A stretch of DNA of 64,000 nt from Perkinsus olseni (taxonomy: Eukaryota): NCBI GenBank assembly GCA_013115125.1, contig JABANN010000020.1, positions 1 through 64,000 on the forward strand, given 5' to 3'. The stretch's first letter is position 1. The number at the start of each line of letters is the position of its first letter. The translations under genes and the position numbers were made by a program. The notes beneath the pieces are model-generated. The model made no database searches and was not told the origin of the DNA. It worked only from the letters and a program-made list of their open reading frames with translations. Below, one piece after another: positions 28,930 through 40,500 of the stretch.

Positions 28930-29685
28930 GCACTTAGTCGTTAGTGCTACCCGATTTGTTCTCGTATTGATATTATTAGATTTGTACCGTCGTTACTACT
29001 GCCCTTGATATACCTGCTTATATTATCGATGCTGTAAAGCTAACTCTGTTTATTCGAAAGAATCGTGCAAGGGTTGTCTCGTCGGTTTCTTCGCATATTG
29101 TTATTCTGGGTTCCTCTCTATCCCAAAGTTGTGACACTGTCAGTGCATGACGTGCTATTGGGACGCAGTTTCTCTACGCTCTGTCTCTGGCGTGTTGGGT
29201 TTCACTCAGTTCATCGGCGGAAAGTTCCTCGAACCTGTTGAAGATATTGAGATGGCTAGGATCCTGCGTCTTGCTCTTCTTGTTGACCCCGTTCGCCACG
29301 GTTGCTATCGGTCGTGGACATTGAGAATCTCAAGCGAGCTGTGGGTGGAATCTCAAGAGGCTATCCGAAAGCGGATCCCTAGGTTGTTGGCACGGTTTTC
29401 GTTGAAAGACGAGTGAATACATGAAGTGATGGTATATGGCTGCTAGAGTATCGGTCGCGTTCTGGGACAACTTTGTGTCATTAGCAGACACCCTCGGCGA
29501 AGTAGGGACAACAGCAGGAGGCTGGATTGCGCTCTGATAGTTAGGATTCTAGCATCATCAGTTTAAGCTAGTATGTGGACTGAATGCTTACTGAGGGGCG
29601 CTTATTGGTGGAACAAGAAAAATCGTTCACCATGGGGATGGTTCGTCCGAAACTGTCATGTTTCAGCTTTTTTATTATCATTATA

Positions 29686-31646
29686 ATGTTTGTCGATAGC
29701 TACTCCTACCTCATAGCTGCAACGATCATCACGATAGCAGCAGCAGTAGTCGGAAGGATACTTTTCAAGACCATCGTTGACAGTAGCAAGAAGAGTGAGT
29801 TCGGATGGGAGTGCAGACACTTACTTTCATATTGGAGTCTCCAGAAGCATTAGGGACTTCTGATGTTGTTGGTCATGGCTTCGTGATCAGGTTCGGGTCC
29901 GCGGCCCATGACTTGGATGGAGCAGCATATGTTCCTATGCGACTGTTTTCCCAAGGAGGCGAATCTCCCGCCGACCTGTAACGTAATTAACTGCGCAGTG
30001 CTCTTCAAGGACTCCATGCCCGACAGGAAGAGTATAGACAAGCTTATCAAAGAGAAGGTCGGGTCTACAGAATCACTTGCCTGGTGATCTTTATACGATA
30101 CGCTTTCTCCAGTTACTCTCCTTCACCCGGTTCTCGTGTGTTCCCGATGTTAAATCTCATAGTTGGAAGCCTGTGGCGATAGACATATCCGAACATGTGT
30201 TCACCAGCGAGCCACTAGAGAGCCGCGAAGCTCTAGAGGAGAAGATCGAGAAGGTAAGCATGCTCGGCACCTTCAGAGCCAAGTTGATGAGTGTGTTTCT
30301 GCTGTAGATTATCAATGTGCCGCTGCCCACCGACAAGCCTCTGTGGCAAATTCATCTGCTACCAGCAGCCCCGGGAGCCCAGCAGAAGGACTGTGTACTC
30401 TTCCGGTCTCATCACACTCTAGGGGATGGCATCAGCTTGGTAAGTACAGTGGATTTTTCATATTGGACTTTGTACCCTTTGTCGTTCTGCAGGTGCAGCT
30501 GTTGGATAAGGTTGCGGTATCCCCGGATGGAGGTCCGATCGTCTATGTGAACCCTAAGGAGAAGAAGCCTGTTAAGATGTCTTTTTTGGCCAAACTGGTC
30601 TATGGCTTTCTATTCACCTTGGAATGGGTGAGCGTTCGGAAGCAGCGATCTCGGCTTAGTTGAGAGCTCTTTCTGTGTTCTGATCAGGTTCGATCATTTA
30701 TTGCCAACATGATGCAGACGAAGTGCTGCTTCGAGTCCGAGTACGGCTTCAATTCCTCGCTAGCCCATCGTAGAGGTGGTCTCAAGTACAGTGGAGCTAG
30801 GAAGTCCATCTACTTCAAGCCCTTCTCTCTGGACTACGTGAAAGCCATCAAGAACAGATCGCCGAAGAAGGTAGGGTTAGTGTTCTTGTTGTGTTATATC
30901 TAAGCTTTGAAATTCGCTCTCAGGCTACAGTTAACGATGTGTTGTTGGGTGCGATGGTTGGCGCCATGAGAAGGTATGGTGGAGATGCTGTCGATGATAA
31001 CACCATCATGAGGATGCTCATACCGGTCGGTGCTCCGCTCGAGTTTGGTGCCAATCCTCCGCCTGAGGGAGATCGACTCGGCAATAATTTTTCATTTTGC
31101 AGTGTTGACCTGAGCAAAGTAAGGCCGTTTTGTCTACAAATCGTCGGTTCTCTCCATCTTCTTTTTCCAGGCCATCCGTTCCAAAGATTCTATTTCGCGA
31201 ATGCTGGCGAGTGGTGAGCCTATGAACCATCTGAAAAGGTCGCTCGAATTTCTCACCTCGATGTTCATCACCAACACCATCCTTCCTCGCATGCCTAAGT
31301 TCGTCCCTCAAAGCTCCAGCAGGGATCTCTTCTCCCGTCATTCGGTTGTTTTTTCGAATGTGCCGGGGTTGCAGACCCCATGTTGTTTTGCTGGAAAGGA
31401 AGTTGAGTCCATCTACCCCGTTTTCCTGAACATCATAACCCAGGTGCGTGGTGAGAGGGGTCGAGGCGTATCTTTTCTGAACGGTTTGCTCTGCAGGTAA
31501 TCGTCCTGTCTTATAATCGGCAGTTGATGTTTAGCATCACTCTCGATCCCAATGTGGTGACGGACTATGAAAAGTTCGAAGGCTACTACCGTGACGAGCT
31601 GTTGGACATGGGCAAGCGCCTCGGCATTACCGATGTTCAACTCTGA
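29686..31646 (+). CDS. WS/DGAT (WSD1-like), copy 2
   Basis: Same exon layout as copy 1; DKPLWQIHL, RSHHTLGDG, TVNDVLLG, LGNNF, FSNVPG, LSYN. Confidence 0.92.
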
Positions 31647-32208
31647 TTCTTGACTATGATTTGTTTTCCGTCTATCCACAGGGTTACCCGGTCGACTGTC
31701 TCCTCGTGGATGACCTGTTGCCGAGCGATTTTTCAACCTGTTGGAGACCCTTAAGGACATATACAAAGCTATTATATCCGCCCTCTTTCCCTCGTGCGAT
31801 TGTAACGTTCGAGCTATGCAGCTTTCGCGGCTGCTAAGCGTTCGACCCCGAGTGGGAGGGAGTTTGTTTGGCATTAACATTGGTCAATGCTTTGATTGTT
31901 GAACCCCAAATAATGGTACAATTGGTGCTATGGTTTTATATCAACGTTTTGTCGTAAGGAACGAAATATTGAGAGTCTGGTGTGTTCGGAGTTCAACATG
32001 AGTCTCAATGTGGGCGGGGAGCGCAAGATTTTTCGGCTCTTCCGTGCAGCTGAAAGAGTTGTTTCCACCAGTAACCCTGCCAGGGTTACCCTGGTGAGAG
32101 TGGTCATGGAGAGGTGAGGGTTCAAGTTGAACCTATCACGCAAGCCTCGCTCGAAAAGCGAGAGTGATAGAAGGGATGTACGACCGTGTTCTCAAATTTC
32201 ATTCACCT

Positions 32209-32281
32209 TCCGATGTAGTCTAGCTGGTTAGGATTCGTGGCTCTCACCCACGCGACCGGGGTTCGAGTCCCCGCATCGGAA
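32209..32281 (+). tRNA. tRNA-Glu (anticodon CTC)
   Basis: TCCGATG/CATCGGA acceptor stem, D-arm with TAGCTGGTTAGG, anticodon stem CGTGG-CTCTCAC-CCACG, T-loop GGTTCGAGTCC. Confidence 0.96.
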
Positions 32282-32724
32282 ATTTTCAACTCGTGAATCT
32301 GCTCATTCGCTCGGTTACAAGGTTTCTTTACAAAATCTTGGAGCAAACTGGCTGCGCTCTTCAGTTAAATCAAAATGCTTGTTCCCGAAGGGAGATTGGG
32401 TACAGTCACGTCAACTTATCGTCGTCAAGGCACGCAAAACTGGGGCTCTGACAGATTCGTTTGAACGGCAGTTCTCGGTGCCACTGGTCCCCTCGCCCGG
32501 CTGACTCCAGTCCATGCTGACTGTTCGTTCTCGCGAACATTGCAGCACCTAGCGTTCGAAAATCCTCCCCGGATTCTCGACCTGCCGGTTTATGACAATG
32601 CTTCGATCTTAGAGAGGTACTCCCGCGTGAGATAGTTCCACCGCAATACTTCGACACTCCAGTGAGTTGAGGCGGAGTTGCATGCTTTGCATCATAAGTT
32701 GTCTCGCGTTTTCCTCCGGAAGTG

Positions 32725-33557
32725 ATGGCTGCTGCTGAGAGCCCCATCGTTCCACCACGGAGCGGGAAGAAGAGCGGCCTGCTGCGTCTTGTGCTCTCGG
32801 CTATCGGCATCTACGCTCTGGTCGCTGTTGTAACGATGAGCGCCGATCTCGCATTCTCCATTGGGAGTGGGAACAGGGCTTCAAACGGGAAGTTCTTGTC
32901 TACAAAACGTAGTAATCTCGAGTGTATGGTAGCTGAGCTTTCCAGTCAAGCATGGAGTTTTTCTTCGGGCCCATCACGCCATCTTGCCTAGGGCTTGTGT
33001 TGCTCTTTGCTGATCCGGGTGGTTTGCGATTCGGACGGCCGTTCCATTGCAGGTCTATCATCGCCGTCGCAGACCGTATTCCGGAGCTGTCGCCCGAGTG
33101 CGCTCGGTGTAGCTCCTGGTGCTGACCCCGTGCCCTCGATGTTCGGTCATCGTAGAGTTGGCACAGGATACAAGATCACAATGCAGACTCCTGATGGCGA
33201 CAAGGTGTTCGACTGTGATGAAGACACGTAGTACCGGACGGCTCTGTCAATTCTGGGGTAACTCTCTTGACGCTGTCAGGTACATTCTGGATGCCGCCGA
33301 AGAGGCGGGGATATTCGACCTCCCGTACAGCTGTCGAGCGGGAGCCTGTGCCGCTTGCGCTGGCCAAGTTTTGGAGGGTTCTGTGGATCAAGAGGACCAG
33401 GCTTTCTTAGAACAAGATCAAATGGTAATACGATAATAGGTGGGTGTAGGTGAACAGTTGATGGTGTGGTCAGGATAAGGGTTACTGCCTCACCTGCGTG
33501 GCATATCCCCAAAGTGACGTAACCATCCGCACTGGCTGCGAGGGTGAAGTTGCTTAA
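32725..33557 (+). CDS. petF: Plant-type [2Fe-2S] ferredoxin with bipartite (signal/TM plus transit peptide) leader, probably plastid-targeted
   Basis: [10 protein letters not shown]...[28 protein letters not shown]...DQEDQAFL...[14 protein letters not shown]-terminal hydrophobic [20 protein letters not shown], then LAF and a Ser/Pro/Arg-rich stretch. Confidence 0.93.
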
Positions 33558-33705
33558 GTTACTGCTGCTGCTCTATTGGTACGATTATTTCCTTTGCTCC
33601 ATTAGGACCGGAGTATCGAAGTGGCCTCTGCTGTTGTTGTGTTCATCGTGTCGATCAACTGAGAGAGACTCTCAGTTGGTTTCGACTTGTTGCCTGCCTT
33701 TTAAC

Positions 33706-36495
33706 ATGCTGAGCCTCCTGTTCGGTCAGAGCGGGGACCTCGAGGGAGTTTCCAATACAAAGGATGACAAGGAGAGTGATAGCCTCGTGGGCCAGCGTAC
33801 GGAGGAGGCCTTGCGAGTCCTCAGTAGCTTCATCTTGGGAGACCAAGAACTGGGGGAGATGGTACTACTCATGGAAGGGATAGTGTTGCTACGAGTTGTC
33901 CTGGTATAAGGCTCTACCGCTGAACATCTTTCGTCAACCTTACAGTCTCAGCTGCCTGTCCGCATTGGGACCTTCGTTCAGGAGAATCTCCCCGCCCCCA
34001 CGTTGGAGATATTGTTCGCCTCCCTCAACGATTTCAGTGGTACCATCAAAGAGTACCCGGAAGCAGCTCAGGTTCTCCGCTGTGCCCTCGGGAAAGCGGA
34101 CGACGGTGAGGCCTTCGTGCGGGTCACGAGTTATCCTGGTTCCATTCAGAGACTCTCGATGTTGCCATTCGGCGGTGCATTGAGGCCCTCGAAGAGATCT
34201 CGAGGGCAGGTGGGAAGGTGTATGAGGTTGAGGACATGGACAGGATAGGAGGATTCGTGAGAGCAGCAGCATCGCCACCTGCGGGGGGAATGGACGGTTC
34301 TCAGGGGACGCTGCTTGCCGTCCTTGCGTGCTCGAAGCAAGGACCGGTATCGATTGACATGGTCAACCGAGCCCTTATGGCCATAGTAGGAGCCATGACC
34401 AGCGATGGGTTGGTGGAGCACTCGGAAGAGGAAGAGGATCCTGAGTAGTGTGCGCTGCCGTCTATGGTGTAAACTCGGTCTCGGGACAGGGCTTCCTCCT
34501 CAGCGTTGTGGCATGGCCGTTGCAGACAGTCGATCTGACGGGGGAGTACGAGTCGGATGTGGCGATGCTGCTGACGTCCCTCTGCCGCAGCTTCCTTATG
34601 ATAGCCATACAGTGTCGTCCGCCGAGAGACGAAGGAGACGCCTGTATGGTCATTTATAAGGGGTTCACGCAGTGCTTTCTGACACTTCTAGCTGATAATC
34701 ATACTGCCGTCACAGCGGAGCGAAGGGAATGTGGCATCGGAGAGGTTGCTGCTATGGTTGCAAGAGTAGCTATTGCCGTTCTGACGCCCTGTGGACCGCC
34801 GGGTGGCACCATCCGTGGTGGCGTGGAGCAGATCATATGCAGCGAAGGCCGCCGCCACTTTGGCGGAAATAGAGGTCCTTTCGAGCGGGCAGTGGATGAG
34901 GTGCTTGCTGTGGATCCCTCAAGAGGAGAGGAGTTATGGGCAGCCCTTCTCGCAGCTCTGGAGAGTGAGGATGATACGTTTGCTGGGGGCAGAGCATCCC
35001 TGTGGAAGGCATCAGAGGTGATAGGGTGTGTGGGTTGTATGATGCTGTTCCGTCGTCTATCAGGCTTGCACCTTCTCTTCGGAGGCAGTGGTGCTGTTGT
35101 GGCTGCTGCTCTCTCAGTCTGAGGGGCTCCACACTCTAGTGTTCCCTGAGTCTAGACTCCCTCGTGGCCCCCCTGATGGGTGAGCTATTGGCTGTTGGGA
35201 TATTGAGCCAACATTCTACTGTCAGGTGGGAGGAAGGAGGGAGCTTCCATGTTCCGCCCCCGGCCAGGCTGTTCCTGCCTGTAGTAGGGCTCATCAACCG
35301 CATCCTCAAGGCACTTGATGAAGCTGGTAAAGAGGAGAAGCACGAGGACGCGAATGGCTGTAGTATGGACCAGGGCGCTCGAACGCTAGGAGAGGCGCTG
35401 CTAGAAGGGTCCCCATACAAGAGCTACTCCACTCTGTTGTCGGCACTTGTCGGGGTGCTGGTAATCATAACGGAGGACAGAGGGACTGTCCTGGCGTTGA
35501 GGAAATGCGAGTATACCAAGATTCACGCGAAGCGGTTGAACAAGGACGGAGTACTGGCCGTGGCCCCTTTCGAAGGAGGGTCCCTCCTGGACGTATTGGT
35601 GGTTACCTCCCTCCGGATGATGCCTCACATGCCGTCCAGCTCTATCGCTCTGGCTGCTGCTGTCTGCAACGTCTGCCCCTACCTCTACAGCATCTCGGCC
35701 GTTACTGCTGAGAAGCTAGAAGAGGCCTTGCGGAAGAGCATCAGAGCCGCCGTCAATGGACGACCAAGGGGGAAGGAGATCGCCGGACTGCTGGGTGAAG
35801 GTGTGGCTACACTGCTCACTTGGAACTACAGGGAGAGTGAGAGCTTGGTCCTGGCAATGCTCTCGCACAGCGGAGCCTATAGCTCCAATGAGATGACGAC
35901 GGCCGGCCTGGCAGAAGGGCATGTTGGCGTTATAAAAACGGTGTTGGAGGTGTCGGAGGAGGCGGTAGGGGAGGCTATGAGGGATGATGCCAGTCATGAT
36001 GATATCGTAGACCTGTTGCCGGACACAATGGTGGGTCTTCTGCCTCCCCCTCAGCCGGTTCTAGTCCGACGCCACAATGGAGGACTTGGTGGGGGCGGTA
36101 GCTCCTCTTTCCTTGCCTTCTGTCTTGGGGAGGAGGATGAAGCGTCGCGTGACCTAGCCTACTGGTTGCATTGCTTCCCGGATACACCGTCCTTTGGAGT
36201 GGACCTCCCCAAAGGGGAGTATGGCGTCCCCTATGGTACTGATGTTACAGCGTTGATGGAGCACGTAGCTCAGGAGGGGTCGAAGGACGATCTATCAAGG
36301 CTCAGTAGAGAGGTTACGTCCCTAGGTCAGAAGTTGGCCTCGGCGGAGAAGAGGCTGATAGAGGTCCGAGAGGAGAAGGCAAAGTCGGTGGCGGCGGAGG
36401 ACTACCAGAGGGCAGGGCAGCTGAAGGAAGAGGAAGGGAGGCTACGGTCCAGCATTGACCATTTGAAGAGCCTTGGTCTACCGGAATCAGCATGA
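33706..36495 (+). CDS. HID1/dymeclin-family protein with C-terminal UVR-like coiled coil
   Basis: NVCPYLYSISAVTAEKL and DTMVGLLPPPQPVLVRRH resemble HID1 C-terminal motifs (NISPYLKSLS, TLVGLLPVPHPILIRKY); KAKSVAAEDYQRAGQLKEE is UVR-like. Confidence 0.65.
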
Positions 36496-36622
36496 CGGAA
36501 ATGAGCATGATGATTAGCGCTTATTGTGGTACTCTTTCGGTGGCTTGTGCTGTTGCGTTCTGCCCGTGGCCCTTGACGGTTATGATATATCATCATCATT
36601 AGTATTATTACTAGCATAAAGG

Positions 36623-37262
36623 ATGTCAGACTCCTACTACGACAGCGATCTAGTATGCGAGTACTGTTCGACCAACTTCGACCTTCAGAATCATGTCCCA
36701 AAGGTGAGAATCTTCGCAGTGCGTAGCTGTTGCTGCGAGGGCCAATGATGTCTATTCCTCCTCTCAGCTCCTCGGTGTATGCGGCCACAACCTCTGCGCT
36801 GAGTGTATCGCCTCCTTGGGCGAGACCCGAGGCATCGGCCGCTTCATGTGCCCCTTCTGTCGTCAGCCCCACCGGCCTGGCGAGATCTCGGTCAATCCTG
36901 CCATACTCGACCTGCTTCGCTCCGCCGCTGTTGGTGTACTTGGCAATTCCTCGTCCTCCCAAGGCGTTGGCGGTAGCACTACCACAGACGGGGACCCCGC
37001 CTCTTGCCTCACTGCAAGCGAGGACGACTGCGATGCCCGCAGTGAGACCTTTGATGAGGACGCTAGCTGGAACTACAAGTGGTACGAAGAACGGGGCAAG
37101 TGGTGGTTCTGTGACTACAGCAAGGACCGCCGATGGCACTACTTCGGCAGGTGGACTTATGGTGATGCTGGTGCTGAGCAGGGCTGGAAGGACTGGGATG
37201 AGTGGAGACAGTGGAAGGATGACTCCGGCCAGTGCCCTCCTCCTCAGAATGCCTCCCAGTGA
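36623..37262 (+). CDS. C3HC4 RING finger protein with Trp-rich C-terminus (2 exons)
   Basis: LVCEYCSTNFDLQNHVPK|LLGVCGHNLCAECIASL...FMCPFCR after removing one GT-AG intron. Confidence 0.85.
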
Positions 37263-37584
37263 TACAGTTCCACCACCATTCCCTGCTGCTGCCGGTACAT
37301 GCTTGACCAATTAGATGTTCTCATCTCCCTACTGCCGTCCTCCTCGTGCCACAGGACTCCACCGTTCAGTGTACAGTAAAAGCTATCTTGTCCAATGCAG
37401 CAGCAGCAGCAGCCACTAGTTGTATTATTATTATTCCCAGAATGACCACCACCGTTTACCCTTGGTCCATCGTTCACCTCGCAAGCTGCCATCCCCATAG
37501 TAGTTGCGTTCAGTCGTCACATAGCTGGGCATCCTTCTCCGGCTGAGTCAATTCTTTTTCTTCGCCGCCACCGCTGCCGGGAGG

Positions 37585-40500
37585 ATGTCTACTACCACTG
37601 GCATGCAGGTCCCCACCGCCCTCTGGGCCTGTGATCTTCGACTGGCTTCTGCAGGTCCGAAAACAGCTGCGGAATACAATACGGCGGCCCTCCATTGATA
37701 GTAAAGATCAGGGCGCCAACTCAGGGGAGCGCAGTGATAGCCCCAAATCGCTATCTAAGGGAGATGGGAAGAGGGTGAGAAAAGCACAGAGAAGGAGGGG
37801 GGTGAGCATCCCTCAGTCCTCGGCTGGAGGGACGATGACTGCTGGGGTTCGGAGTCCGAGGACCCTGGCTGCTATAGCCAAGTCCCTTGCCACTGCATCC
37901 GCTGGAAAGGTGGGGGTGTAGTTACAGCTGCTTGCTACGAAGAGATTCTTTAGGTGCCGCCCCCTGGTGAGCTTTTCAAGCTTTCGGGTAAGCTAGAGAA
38001 CACAGCGAGGCAGGCAGCTGCCCAGGCCCAGCTTCGGAGTGGGCCCGGCAGACGAGGATCCCGCAGAAGGTCGTCTGCGGGGAGTGGGGACAGGCCGATG
38101 GCAGTGGCAGCCCACGTACCGAGGCATACAGCGAACGCTGCCCTTCAGCGGCAGCGAAGGGAGAAGGAGTTGGAGCGTAGGCAGAGGGGCATCAAGGATT
38201 GCCAGGGACCGGTTGTTCTCAGAGGCGGCCCAAGCCAGACAGCTGAGGCAGGCTATTCTGGCCGAGAGACCGCTGCATATGGGAGCAGGCTCTCGCACGC
38301 TACCCGCGTCCCTGGGTGGAGCTCCCAAGGCAGCAGCAGCAGCAGCAGCAGCAGCTGATGGCAAGGGGGCCCGACATCACAGACCATCCCTTGCAGCTAC
38401 TTCTAGAGACACCCTCACCCAGGTCTACGGTGGGCGGGACGGTCGTAGAAGGCCGGCTTCGAATGGAGGGAGTCGGAGGTGCAGCCGGAGTCTGCCGCCC
38501 CCTAAGGGGAGATCGACCCCGCCCAGCTCGGCTACAAAGAGGCCGGACGGAAGGTGCACTCCCTTCAGCGAGGGCTGCGTCTCTCCCCGAGACGACCTCG
38601 AAGTACCTCAGCCGCTGCCTCGAAAACGCAAGGAGCCGACGAAGCGGACGAGAAGGCCAGGGGTAGCCACTCGAGACAGGGAGAGGTCCCCTCTGCGGAA
38701 GAGGCTACGGCGAAAGACGCTCGACAAAGCCGCCAAATTGAGACGGACGTTGGTCACGACTCGGAGTCAGACGGTGTTGCAGGAGGAGGAGGAGGAGGAG
38801 GAGGAGGGCGAGACTCCAGTGAGGACTAGCCCGACGACGATCAGTGGCAGTGTGGGGACTGGGGGGTCTTCAGCAGGTAGGAGAATTGCTAGGGCTACTG
38901 GGAGGGTACTCCACTCAGGTAGTACCCACCAGTACGGCAGCCATACAGCTTGCAGCAGCAGCAGCAGCGGCAGCGGCAGTGGTAATGGGGCGGGTGGCCC
39001 TTCAGGCGAGCCCTGTGAAGAGGAGCTGTCACCCTTGATAACGTCTATATCGGTGTCCACGCCTCTGATGAAGGAAGACCCGGCCCTGCGACGCTCTAAG
39101 CGGACCGTAGCGACCAATACCTCCCCTCCCCGCAAGAGGCCCTCACCTCCCACCTCACTTCAAGAAGAGCTTCCTAACCCAGTATCAGCAGCCCAAAGTG
39201 AAGTCAGCAGCAGCCTTCGGGATGCCGCCCGAGCCCATGGACTCACCATAACCAACCTGGGCGGGCTCCCGGATAACTCCCTACAGCAGAACTCCTCAAC
39301 CTCTCCTCTGCACTGGAGCCAGGCCTCGGAGGAGTTCCTCGGCACTTTCTGCAGCGCTCATGGCCTTACTCTGGTCAACATCGCCCAAAGCTTCCCCTCA
39401 CCGACCTCTTCTGAGACCCTCTACTCGTCCCTGCCTGCCACCACACTTCCTGCTACTGCCGCAGCACCCGCGTGGCAGCAACCGCAGAACACTGAGAAGC
39501 CCCTGCGGTACCCCCGTCCAGAGCCAGACACCAGCCCGCAGGATGTTGTTGTGGTCGATCGAACGGCTGCTTCGGTGACTCCAGGCCCCGGGGAGGAGGA
39601 GGTGTCAGATGACCTCGAGGGCTTCTTGAGAGGAACCTCTTCGGCGCAGCGGTCGCCGCTGCCCTCAGCCGCAAAGCCCTGGACTAGGTCCCGGGTTCTA
39701 CCCCAACGGTATGCATTTGATGGACCCGGCCGCTCCAGGAACGCCTCTATGGGCGATCACCGCGGGTCTGTCCGTGGGCACACGACCTCAGCCGACAGCA
39801 GGGGTGTGGCTAAGGAGCAGGACGACGATGATATAGCGGCGGACGTGGATGATGGTATGAGGATTATCGACATCGTCACCAACATGCGGAGTAGTCTGCT
39901 GCCGCCCAGCGGAGTGGGGCTTGGACATTCTTTCTCAGGTATTACCTCTGGAGACCATCACCGCCACGGCGCCAATTCACCGCCGCCGCCCTCTGCTACA
40001 GTATCGGTCCAGGCTAACCTAGACGTACCGTCACTACCTGAGCCCCCCACTATAATGTCGACTGGGGTGGCGAGTACAGCTGATAGTGGAGGCGGGCTCA
40101 TGCTGGTGGACTTCAACACCCAGAGGCGGCCTCCCATTAGGATCTCGAGCCCGTCGCATAGTCACAGTGCTGGGCCACGACAAGTGATACACCGTGTTAG
40201 GTGTTAGGTGTGCAATTTCGTGGCGCGTGACGCAGGTCATGGGCGCATCATCATCCACTGCGGGAGAGACCTCTGATATCCTCCCTGAATCCCTCTACGA
40301 CAGTATTGGCATCAGTCACATCAGCAGTGATGACGATGGGGACGCCACTGAGGAGCAGCAGCCCTCACCCACCGGCGCTGCCTTAACACAGTGTGATGAG
40401 CTCGAGGTAGGAGGGAGGGTAGGGCTACTCACAGGGGATAGCCTTCAGGACATCTACACGAAGGCGGAGCCAGTGTACAGCACCAGCGGCAGTAGTCTAC

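Noticed and set aside
29147-29416. 89-aa ORF between the WS/DGAT genes, with an antisense NRFEEL motif hinting at a retroelement relic
   Set aside because: Too short and without RT or endonuclease motifs; cannot be supported.
36402-37314. 302-aa minus ORF and 194-aa plus ORF
   Set aside because: These are shadow frames of the RING gene and the HID1 3' end.
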